A DNA stretch of 56,863 nucleotides from an uncultured Muribaculaceae bacterium (GTDB lineage: Bacteria; Bacillota_I; Bacilli_A; RF39; UBA660). Shown piece after piece: positions 47,037-54,970 of this stretch (position 1 is the first letter of the stretch; each line of letters starts with the position of its first letter). A program made the translations under genes and the position numbers. The notes below the pieces were generated by a model that worked only from the letters and a program-made list of their open reading frames with translations, did not search any database and was not told the origin of the DNA. The stretch lies in assembly GCA_964457135.1 (NCBI GenBank), contig CAYWED010000001.1, positions 1 to 56,863 on the forward strand. Reading direction: 5' to 3'.

Positions 47037-47619
47037 TAAGAGTCCTCCTTAAGTATTTCGAAAGTAATTGAACATTTCTAGAGTGATAAAACTTTGCTAT
47101 TTCTTCTATATCTTTTTTGTTTAAGTTATGTATTTCTTCTTCATCTATTCTTAAATCATTAAATAAAATATTTTCTAGTTCTTTAAAGTTATTAAGTGTT
47201 TTTAGTGTATATAGTTTATCGCACAGTGCTTTTTCTTTTGTCGCTATTTGATAAGTATAGTTCCCTTCAGTTTTTAAGCATATTCCTAAATGATAAACAT
47301 TTTTTGGAACATCTCTATATAAGAAAGTTCCAAAGTTATTTGTGAATTTCTTTTTTTTATTTTTTCCAAAAGTTGCACTTGTATAATTAAATACTTTTTC
47401 TGGGATTAATCTATAATATGATAAGGCAAAGTCAAAAGAAAGATAAGATGGGCCGTATATACTTGCCGATAATAAATATCCAGGTGTATTAGGATTAGTT
47501 TCATATAGCCCCTTTTTTAACTTGATTAATTTTCCAGCTTTTATTTCTCTTGAAATTTTATTTTCTTTATTTGCATAATTTGATAATTGGGATTTTATAA
47601 TATTATTTGTTAATATCAT
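47029..47619 (-). CDS. AbiEi-family antitoxin / transcriptional regulator
   Basis: Start placed at the ATG at 47619, after GAGGTG. 196 aa with ..REIKAGKLIKLKKGLYE.. and ..GPSYLSFDFALSYY.. motifs. An 8-nt overlap with the toxin start is the classic AbiE layout. Confidence 0.7.
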   Translation of the reverse strand: MILTNNIIKSQLSNYANKENKISREIKAGKLIKLKKGLYETNPNTPGYLLSASIYGPSYLSFDFALSYYRLIPEKVFNYTSATFGKNKKKKFTNNFGTFLYRDVPKNVYHLGICLKTEGNYTYQIATKEKALCDKLYTLKTLNNFKELENILFNDLRIDEEEIHNLNKKDIEEIAKFYHSRNVQLLSKYLRRTLNE

Positions 47620-47638
47620 ATTTTCACCTCTAAATACC

Positions 47639-47667
47639 ATTATAGAGTATTTTCTGGTGAAAATCAA
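47639..47667 (-). promoter_or_regulatory. promoter of the AbiE cassette
   Basis: On the minus strand: TTGATT, 17 nt, TATAAT. Confidence 0.55.
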
Positions 47668-47676
47668 TAAATGTTT

Positions 47677-47711
47677 AAAAAAAATACTCCTTTTATTGGA
47701 AAGTATTTTTT
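47677..47711 (-). terminator. rho-independent terminator ending the upstream glycan operon
   Basis: On the minus strand: AAAATACTTTCC-aataaaa-GGAGTATTTT followed by a T-run. The A-run on the other side makes it potentially bidirectional. Confidence 0.7.
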
Positions 47712-47713
47712 GT

Positions 47714-47902
47714 TTATCTGAAGATTGTCTTTTTTAAAGTTCTTGTAAGTGAAGCTTCTCTTTGTTGTATTCTATGGGCAATTCCTTCATTAACCCATTT
47801 AACATAGTCAGGTGTTAAAATTTTAGGTATGTCTTCTTCACTAACTTGTGGTAGTTCTTCTTCTGGTGTATCTTCATTATATACTTTTACATCTATTGGC
47901 AT
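47714..47902 (-). CDS. small acidic hypothetical protein
   Basis: 62 aa with a strong RBS AAAGGAGAA. It lies directly downstream of gtrA and has no recognisable family. Confidence 0.45.
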   Translation of the reverse strand: MPIDVKVYNEDTPEEELPQVSEEDIPKILTPDYVKWVNEGIAHRIQQREASLTRTLKKTIFR

Positions 47903-47921
47903 TTTTTTCTCCTTTCATGTT

Positions 47922-48353
47922 TTAATTTTCTATTTTTTTCTTTTTGAAAACAAATAGTTTACTAAATATGTAGTTTAGTATTATTACTACTACTTGGCAT
48001 ACAAGTTTAGATATTTTGTCATTAAGTTTTAGTGTTGTTACCATTATGAACATTATAAACATATCAATAAGTAGAGTTATTACTCTAGATGATGTGAATG
48101 ATACAACTTCTTTTAATATGTTTTTATTTTTACTTTCAAACACAAATATTCTATTAGTTATGTATGCAAATGTTACTGATAAAATCCAAGATATTATGTT
48201 TGCAATTTGAAGTTGTATTCCATTATTTGGGTCTAGAAATGTAGATACACAAATATAGTATGTTACTAAACTTACTAATGTTGTTAATGCTCCTACTATT
48301 AAGTAATTTATAATTTCTTTGTATTTTTTATATAAGTCAATTATTTTTTTCAT
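47922..48353 (-). CDS. GtrA-family membrane protein (lipid-linked sugar translocation)
   Basis: 143 aa, four TM helices, with YLIVGALTTLVSL..Y... and ..NRIFVF.. motifs typical of GtrA. Confidence 0.8.
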   Translation of the reverse strand: MKKIIDLYKKYKEIINYLIVGALTTLVSLVTYYICVSTFLDPNNGIQLQIANIISWILSVTFAYITNRIFVFESKNKNILKEVVSFTSSRVITLLIDMFIMFIMVTTLKLNDKISKLVCQVVVIILNYIFSKLFVFKKKKIEN

Positions 48354-49698
48354 ATTTTAATTCATCCTTTTCTCTTAAAAATCTTTTTAATAAAAATGTT
48401 AGAAAATATGGAAATGTATAAAATTTACCATTAAATCCTATATTTTTATTACACAATTTTATTCCATATTTTATTTCAGGATAAGAATCACTGTTTATTA
48501 GTTTATTAAGAGATGGTGTACTATTATCATTAGCTTTTACTTCTACTGGTATAAGCGAATCAGTATCTCTTACGAAATAGTCCATTTCAAGTGTTCCTTT
48601 TTCATTTTTATAAAAGAAAAGATTATATCCTTCTTTTACTAACATATCTCCTATAATGTTTTCGTATAGTGCTCCTTTGTATGTATTAAGATTTTGATTT
48701 GCTCTTAAATCATGCTGAACTTCTTCATCTAATGAACCTATTAATAGACCTGTATCAGCAAAATATAATTTATAATTATCAGGGTTATAGTTTCCTTTTA
48801 GAGGAAGTTCTAATCCATCTAGGCAATAACAAATATTTATAATTCCGGCTTTATCTAACCAATCAACTACTCCTACATATTCTCTATTTCTTGCTCCATG
48901 TTCTATTTTAGATACTTGAAATTTTTTATTATCTTTGCCAAGAAAAGCTGGTATTTTGTAATAAGTGTTTAGTATTTTAGTTTTATCTAAACCGCCAGCG
49001 TATTTTGTTATATCTTCTTCATAATCTAATAAGATTTGACGCTGCATTTCTAATATTCCACTATAATTCTTATTTTTTATAAAAGTACTTACTATTTCAG
49101 GCATTCCACCTAAAACCATATATTCCTTAAAATTTTCAAGCATTACATTATAAGCAGTTGTACTTAAAGGTTCAACATTTTTCATGCAGGTATATAAATC
49201 TTCTATTTGTTCTTCTCTGTATCCTTTTGCCCATAAGAATTCTTCAAAATCTAATGACCTCATAATGTAATCAGTTTTGTTTCCTACACTATTAGATTCT
49301 ATTTCTTTATAATTAATACCCATTAATGAACCTGAACAAATAACATCATATCTTCTATCTTTGTTAAACGCCTTTAGTGATGTTGCACAATTGATACAGT
49401 CTTGCATTTCATCAAAAAAAATTAGTGTTTCATTAGGTATAAATTTTAAATTGCTATTAATTAAAGAAATATTTTTTATAATTGTGTCTACTTCAAATCC
49501 ATCATCAAATATCACTTTATATTCTTTTTGTAATGCAAAGTTAATCTCAATTACATTTGAATAATTATTTTTTGCAAAATTTTCAATTGCATTTGTTTTT
49601 CCTATTTGTCTTGCACCTTTAATTATTAAAGGTTTTTTATCTTTGTCATTTTTCCAGTTAATTAGGTAATCATCAATTTTTCTTCTTAATCTTTTCAT
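48337..49698 (-). CDS. AAA+ ATPase with DUF4143-type C-terminal domain (COG1373 family), paralogue 2
   Basis: 453 aa. Walker A is GARQIGKT and Walker B is LIFFDEMQ. The C-terminal signature is ..EMDYFV....IPVEVKA.. The 3' end overlaps the gtrA start by 17 nt. Confidence 0.8.
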   Translation of the reverse strand: MKRLRRKIDDYLINWKNDKDKKPLIIKGARQIGKTNAIENFAKNNYSNVIEINFALQKEYKVIFDDGFEVDTIIKNISLINSNLKFIPNETLIFFDEMQDCINCATSLKAFNKDRRYDVICSGSLMGINYKEIESNSVGNKTDYIMRSLDFEEFLWAKGYREEQIEDLYTCMKNVEPLSTTAYNVMLENFKEYMVLGGMPEIVSTFIKNKNYSGILEMQRQILLDYEEDITKYAGGLDKTKILNTYYKIPAFLGKDNKKFQVSKIEHGARNREYVGVVDWLDKAGIINICYCLDGLELPLKGNYNPDNYKLYFADTGLLIGSLDEEVQHDLRANQNLNTYKGALYENIIGDMLVKEGYNLFFYKNEKGTLEMDYFVRDTDSLIPVEVKANDNSTPSLNKLINSDSYPEIKYGIKLCNKNIGFNGKFYTFPYFLTFLLKRFLREKDELKYEKNN

Positions 49699-49719
49699 TG
49701 TATCATCCTTTATAAAAAG

Positions 49720-49748
49720 ATTTTATCACAAAATTCCTGATTTTTCAA
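49720..49748 (-). promoter_or_regulatory. candidate promoter of ATPase paralogue 2
   Basis: On the minus strand: TTGAAA, 17 nt, TAAAAT, with an extended TG. The -10 lies inside the promoter-proximal repeat unit. Confidence 0.5.
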
Positions 49749-49869
49749 TATACTTTTTTCACAAAATTCCAGTGTTTTTTTGCACGTTTTTCACAAAATT
49801 CCAATTTTGTATGTCTTTTATCACAAAATTGGAAGGTTTTAGTGCTCATTTTCTCACAAAACTATTAAA
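49721..49869. repeat. five tandem repeats of about 32 bp upstream of ATPase paralogue 2
   Basis: The TTTT(A/T/C)TCACAAAA(T/C)T core has its CAC at 49727, 49760, 49792, 49822 and 49855, giving spacings of 33, 32, 30 and 33 bp. On the gene strand it reads (GGAA)TTTTGTGA(A/T)AAA. Confidence 0.85.
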
Positions 49870-49878
49870 ACTAGTAAG

Positions 49879-51072
49879 TTAATTCACTAGTTTTGGTTCA
49901 ATCATATCAATATTTTCTAGATATTCTTTTATGTAACTAATTAGTACGATTAATAAAATTATAGATAAAATATATGTAGGAATGAATGTATTATCACTAA
50001 AGTACATAAAGTAAGCATTTAGAGAAAATAATTCAACTATGATTGATTTTATTATTCCTTTTTTGTAAACAAGAGCATAGATAATACAAATGACGTCTGC
50101 TATAAACATATATCTTTCATGCATATGAGGTAAAAAATATACACAAGTTATAACTGAAATTATACTTAGTAACATTATGTTTTTAAAGTCTAGTTTCTTT
50201 TTACTTTTTAGTGTGAAATATAAGAGTAATGCAAATATAATTAAACAGATTGAAATACCAAATATATTAGATACTTCTTTTACAAAATATTTTATATTAA
50301 AATCTATTAAGTTATAAAAGTTTGGAAAGTTTAGTGTTAGTTGTTTATATGTTGATAATTGATTAAAATATACACTAAATACTCCGGTTATACTTTTATT
50401 TACTATTATGCTAGGAAGTGATAATACAATATTGACAAGTGGGAGCCATAAGAAATTTAAAATTGAAAAGTTTTTCTTTTTAAGATACAAAATTATGAAA
50501 AGTGGGAGTATAAATATTGCTTGTAGTTTGAATGCAAAAGATACACCTAAAGATATAAATGATAGTGAGTATTTTTCTTTTTGTAAAAAGTATAGTGATA
50601 ATACTATAAAGAAAGTATATATTACATCACATTGAGCCCACATGGAACCGTTTAATACTATTGTTGGTAAAAAGATAAGTATTAAGAATGCTACTGTTGA
50701 TGATACTTTTTTATTTTCTTTGTCTTCACACAAATTATATACAAACTTTACCCCTAATATGGCGATTAGATAATCAAATATTAAGCTTACTAATTTTATT
50801 GAATAGAGCGACTTTATTGGTAAATATGTTAGTAAAGACATTATAATTACATATGGTGCATTATAGTCCCCTGTGTACATATTTAATCCAAGTATTCCTC
50901 CACTATTTTTTAGTGTATCAAACCATTTACTTAAGAATATTGTATAATCTGTCGATTCAAAGTTTAACATAGTATATCTTAATATAAATGATAATATTAA
51001 TAAGACTCCTATCATTATTATCTCATAGTGATTAGTGATATAATCAACAATATTTTTTTCTATTTTTTTCAT
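49879..51072 (-). CDS. polytopic membrane glycosyltransferase, GT-C fold (DUF2029/GT87-like)
   Basis: 397 aa, about 11 TM helices. The first-loop motif FESTDYTIFLSKWFD is typical of lipid-linked-sugar-dependent GT-C enzymes. Confidence 0.5.
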   Translation of the reverse strand: MKKIEKNIVDYITNHYEIIMIGVLLILSFILRYTMLNFESTDYTIFLSKWFDTLKNSGGILGLNMYTGDYNAPYVIIMSLLTYLPIKSLYSIKLVSLIFDYLIAILGVKFVYNLCEDKENKKVSSTVAFLILIFLPTIVLNGSMWAQCDVIYTFFIVLSLYFLQKEKYSLSFISLGVSFAFKLQAIFILPLFIILYLKKKNFSILNFLWLPLVNIVLSLPSIIVNKSITGVFSVYFNQLSTYKQLTLNFPNFYNLIDFNIKYFVKEVSNIFGISICLIIFALLLYFTLKSKKKLDFKNIMLLSIISVITCVYFLPHMHERYMFIADVICIIYALVYKKGIIKSIIVELFSLNAYFMYFSDNTFIPTYILSIILLIVLISYIKEYLENIDMIEPKLVN

Positions 51073-51080
51073 TTTATCAC

Positions 51081-52046
51081 TTACTTTCTATTTTTGTTTT
51101 CTTCTAAGTTTTCTTCAATAATGTATCTTGGTCTATGTTTTGTTTCACTATAGATTTTTCCTATGTATTCACCAACTATTCCAATTGATAGCATTTGTAT
51201 TCCTGATACTAACCATATTGAACATACGATAAATGTCCAGCCTTCTACTGTGTGTCCTAGTAATTTAACGATTAGAGAATAAATTAACATTATAATGCTA
51301 AGTGCAAATATTAATATTCCTAAGTTTAGTACAAATTTAATAGGTTTTACACTAAAAGATGTTATTCCATCCCAAGCGAATGATAGCATTTTTTTAAGTG
51401 GATATTTAGAAACACCTGCAAATCTTTCATTTCTTTCGTAATAAACTACACCAGACTTGAAACCTACTAATGGAAACATTCCTCTTAAGAATAAATTTAC
51501 CTCTTCAAAGTTTGCAAAGTTTTCTAATACTCTTTTACTTGTTAATCTATAGTCTGCATGATTATATACTACCTCTACTCCCATTAGACTCATAAATTTA
51601 TAGAAGCCTTGAGCTGTTGTTTTTTTAAAGAATGTATCTTTTTTTCTCGAACTTCTAACGCCATAAACTATTTCACAATTTTCGTTATAGTATTTATCTA
51701 ACATTCCATCTATTGCATTTATATCATCTTGAAGGTCTGCATCCATACTTATTACTATATCAGCATAATTTTTGGCTGTCATAAGTCCGGCTAGTAATGC
51801 ATTTTGGTGTCCTCTATTTCTTGATAGAGAAATTCCTGTAAAGAGTTTTTCTTTTTCACTGATACTCTTTATTAAATTCCAAGTGCTATCTTTAGAACCA
51901 TCATTAACATACATTACTTTACTTTTGCTTGAGATTCTCTTTTCTTTGATTAAGTTATTTAATTTTTCTTTAAGTTGTCTTGTAGTCTCCTCTAAAACTT
52001 CTTCCTCGTTGTAACAAGGTATTACTAAATATAATATTTTATTCAT
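51081..52046 (-). CDS. GT2 bactoprenol-phosphate glycosyltransferase (GtrB/CsbB-like)
   Basis: 321 aa. It has LVIPCYNEEEVL.., ..NRGHQNALLAG.., ..MDADLQD.. and two C-terminal TM helices. Confidence 0.9.
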   Translation of the reverse strand: MNKILYLVIPCYNEEEVLEETTRQLKEKLNNLIKEKRISSKSKVMYVNDGSKDSTWNLIKSISEKEKLFTGISLSRNRGHQNALLAGLMTAKNYADIVISMDADLQDDINAIDGMLDKYYNENCEIVYGVRSSRKKDTFFKKTTAQGFYKFMSLMGVEVVYNHADYRLTSKRVLENFANFEEVNLFLRGMFPLVGFKSGVVYYERNERFAGVSKYPLKKMLSFAWDGITSFSVKPIKFVLNLGILIFALSIIMLIYSLIVKLLGHTVEGWTFIVCSIWLVSGIQMLSIGIVGEYIGKIYSETKHRPRYIIEENLEENKNRK

Positions 52047-54241
52047 ATTTCCTCCATTTTCTTGAATACTTTATAGGTATAAATTATAGTTACAAGTAGT
52101 GATATTAAAGATATTAATAATCCTACTTTTAATCCTGGTGTCATATAAGTGAATTCTATAAAGTTTGTTCCTTTATTTATTTTTATAGCCATGAAGCCAT
52201 TGTTTACTTTTTCTATGTCTACAGGCTTTCCATTTATTTTAGCAGTGAAACCTTTATCATAAGGTATTTGATATATAGCTAGAGTTTCACCGGTTGATGT
52301 TATGTTAGATGTGAATCCATTTTTGTCAAATTTAAATTTATTTAATGTGTATTCTACATCGTTTTCAAATAAGTTTTTATATTTTTCTATTTCTATATTT
52401 GTTAGTACTACATTATTATTTAAAGTTCTTATTTTTTCTTCATTAGATAATTTATTAAATTCTTCTTCATTAATATAAGAGTTTACATTGTAACCAAATT
52501 CTTTATAGTCAGGATTTTCATACAATCCATAGATATCATCTTTATTAATTAGTTTATAACCATATTTAGAAACATCTTTGTTTTTACAACTGATTATGTA
52601 TTTTACTCCTAATATGTCATTTAATGTTTTATTTTCTACTGGTACTTCAGTTTTTACTTTTCTATCTAAGCCTATACTTTCAAAGAATTCAAAAGTACTA
52701 CTATTTATGTTAGAATTAAATGACCTTATGTTGTTTGTTTTTAGTATATAACCAAAGTTATGGTCGCAAGTATCAGTGCTATTGGCCCTTGAATTTTGAG
52801 GTATTTCAATTAGTTCGTCGGCTTTTAAGAAATTATTATATGTTTTACTAGTTTTTATGTGTTTTCCTTTATAGTAGAATACATTTATGTTACCCCAGAT
52901 AGTTATAAAAATAAATATGAAAATCATTAATAATTTAATTTTGTCTTCTTTTTTGTTAATGGTATAAAGTATGAATAGATTAATAAACATGAATGAAAGC
53001 ATTAATATAAAGTATGCAGGTTGATATACGATTTTACCAATTTTTAATGTGATTAATATTAAATATATAAGTGCAAATATTAGTGTTGTAAATATTCCTT
53101 TTTTGATACTTATTTTTTCTTCTAGACATTTTATACTCATTAGAGTAAGTATTAGTGTAGGCATGAAGAACCATCTTGCATAATAGTATGTTTGGAATAA
53201 TGTGAAAGTACTATTTAGTATAGGAATAAACATGAATATAATTAATACGATTATTAATTTACTAATCCAACTTTTTTTATTTTTGAATAGATAAGATATA
53301 GCAAGCACACTTCCAACTACAGGTAAATATAATTCTATACTTCTATAATTGTAACTTGTTAATACTGCACGTTTACTCATTATTTCATTTGGAAATATAA
53401 ATGATTTTATAATTTCAGGGTATCTATTTAAAGGTTTATAGATTAACATATTTAATATATTCCATCCATTATCTAGTCTTCCGTTTCCTGTTGTAAATAA
53501 CACTGTAGGTAGTAATACTACGCCTGCAAGAGTAACTCCTAGAATTGATTCAAGTACTAAATACATAAATTTTTTTAAAGTGATTTTATATTCTTTTGTT
53601 AGTACTTTAACGATAAAGTAAATTACTAAGAATATACATTCAGCAATAAAGAAGAACCAGTTAGTGAATGCGCATAAGGCTACTACAAAGACAAATCTTC
53701 CTCTTTTGTTATCATATATTAAATTATCAAATGTATATAAAAGTAGTGGAAAGAAACATACTACATCATGGAAATGATAGAATAATATGTTAGTTAGTTG
53801 GTAACCTGAGAATGTGTATAGTAGTGAACCTAGGACTGCATAATTTTTATTTTTGACATATCTTTTTAAGAATAGATATGAAGTAAGTCCAGTGAAAGCA
53901 TATTTAAGTATGAATACTGGTCCGATTAAATATTCAAACCAACTTTCAGGGAATATATATGTTATTAAGTTAAAAGGACTAAACATATTATAGAAACTAA
54001 ATGTTGGTAAGAAATTACTTCCTAAGTCGTTATACCAGGTCCAAAATATTTCACCATTTTTGATACTATGATTTATAATTTTATTAAATGGAATTTGTTG
54101 TAAGTTAAGGTCTTTTACGAGAGAATAAATTCCATCATTTATTATAATATTAGGTAAGACTATTAGAATTCCTAGTAACCCACAAAGAAGGAATGCTAAT
54201 AATGCTTTATTTTTTGTTATTTTATTTACAAACTTTTTCAA
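52043..54241 (-). CDS. YfhO-family GT-C membrane glycosyltransferase
   Basis: 732 aa. The N-terminal pattern D.N.QQIPF.....I.NGEIFWTW..DLGSNF...FSFYNMFSPF..I...FP is typical of YfhO. There are many TM helices and a C-terminal extracytoplasmic domain. A 4-nt overlap links it to the GtrB-like gene. Confidence 0.65.
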   Translation of the reverse strand: MKKFVNKITKNKALLAFLLCGLLGILIVLPNIIINDGIYSLVKDLNLQQIPFNKIINHSIKNGEIFWTWYNDLGSNFLPTFSFYNMFSPFNLITYIFPESWFEYLIGPVFILKYAFTGLTSYLFLKRYVKNKNYAVLGSLLYTFSGYQLTNILFYHFHDVVCFFPLLLYTFDNLIYDNKRGRFVFVVALCAFTNWFFFIAECIFLVIYFIVKVLTKEYKITLKKFMYLVLESILGVTLAGVVLLPTVLFTTGNGRLDNGWNILNMLIYKPLNRYPEIIKSFIFPNEIMSKRAVLTSYNYRSIELYLPVVGSVLAISYLFKNKKSWISKLIIVLIIFMFIPILNSTFTLFQTYYYARWFFMPTLILTLMSIKCLEEKISIKKGIFTTLIFALIYLILITLKIGKIVYQPAYFILMLSFMFINLFILYTINKKEDKIKLLMIFIFIFITIWGNINVFYYKGKHIKTSKTYNNFLKADELIEIPQNSRANSTDTCDHNFGYILKTNNIRSFNSNINSSTFEFFESIGLDRKVKTEVPVENKTLNDILGVKYIISCKNKDVSKYGYKLINKDDIYGLYENPDYKEFGYNVNSYINEEEFNKLSNEEKIRTLNNNVVLTNIEIEKYKNLFENDVEYTLNKFKFDKNGFTSNITSTGETLAIYQIPYDKGFTAKINGKPVDIEKVNNGFMAIKINKGTNFIEFTYMTPGLKVGLLISLISLLVTIIYTYKVFKKMEEI

Positions 54242-54266
54242 TTTTTTCCTCTTAAAACCAAATTAT

Positions 54267-54893
54267 TCACGAGTATATTTTTGTTAAAGCTATTATGACT
54301 GCTATTATTCCTATAACAGAAAGTAATAATTTTTCTCTTCCAGTGGGTTTTTTTAATTTAAATGGAAGTATAAACATAAGTCCTGTTATTAATAATGTTA
54401 CAGGAAATACTATAGCTTTGTATTTAAATTCTATTAAATATGAAACAAAGTATATAAGTGGTACTATTATTGCACTGGCTGTTATAGGAAGGCCTACAAA
54501 TTCATTTTTTATTCCTCTTTTAGTTGTTGTTAGCATATTAAAGTAAGCAAGTCTTATTACTCCACAAATGCAAAAGAATACACTGATGGCATATGTGAAT
54601 GCATTTAATTCAGTTAAGTTTAAAACTATTGTCATTGGAAGAACACCAAATGCTATGGCATCACTTAGTGAATCTAATTCTACACCGTAAATTTCTTGTT
54701 CTTTTAAACTTCTAAATCTTCTTGCTACTACTCCATCAAATGCATCACATATTGCTGCAAATATAAGACAAAATACTGCAAATGTTGGTTTATGATTAAA
54801 TGAAAATATTATTCCGGTTATTGCAAAGCAAGTTCCTAACATTGTAACAAAATCACATTTCCTATAAACGCCTATTACTTTCATATACTTCAC
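54267..54893 (-). CDS. CDP-alcohol phosphatidyltransferase family protein (PssA-like)
   Basis: 208 aa. It carries the full D(x)2DG(x)2AR...G(x)3D(x)3D signature: CDAFDGVVARRF....GVELDSLSDAIAFG. Confidence 0.85.
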   Translation of the reverse strand: MKYMKVIGVYRKCDFVTMLGTCFAITGIIFSFNHKPTFAVFCLIFAAICDAFDGVVARRFRSLKEQEIYGVELDSLSDAIAFGVLPMTIVLNLTELNAFTYAISVFFCICGVIRLAYFNMLTTTKRGIKNEFVGLPITASAIIVPLIYFVSYLIEFKYKAIVFPVTLLITGLMFILPFKLKKPTGREKLLLSVIGIIAVIIALTKIYS

Positions 54894-54970
54894 CGCTTTC
54901 TTTTATTATTATATCACATTTGGTATTTTCATGTATTTTTTATTGATTTTGTGTGTTTTTATTTGTCAAG

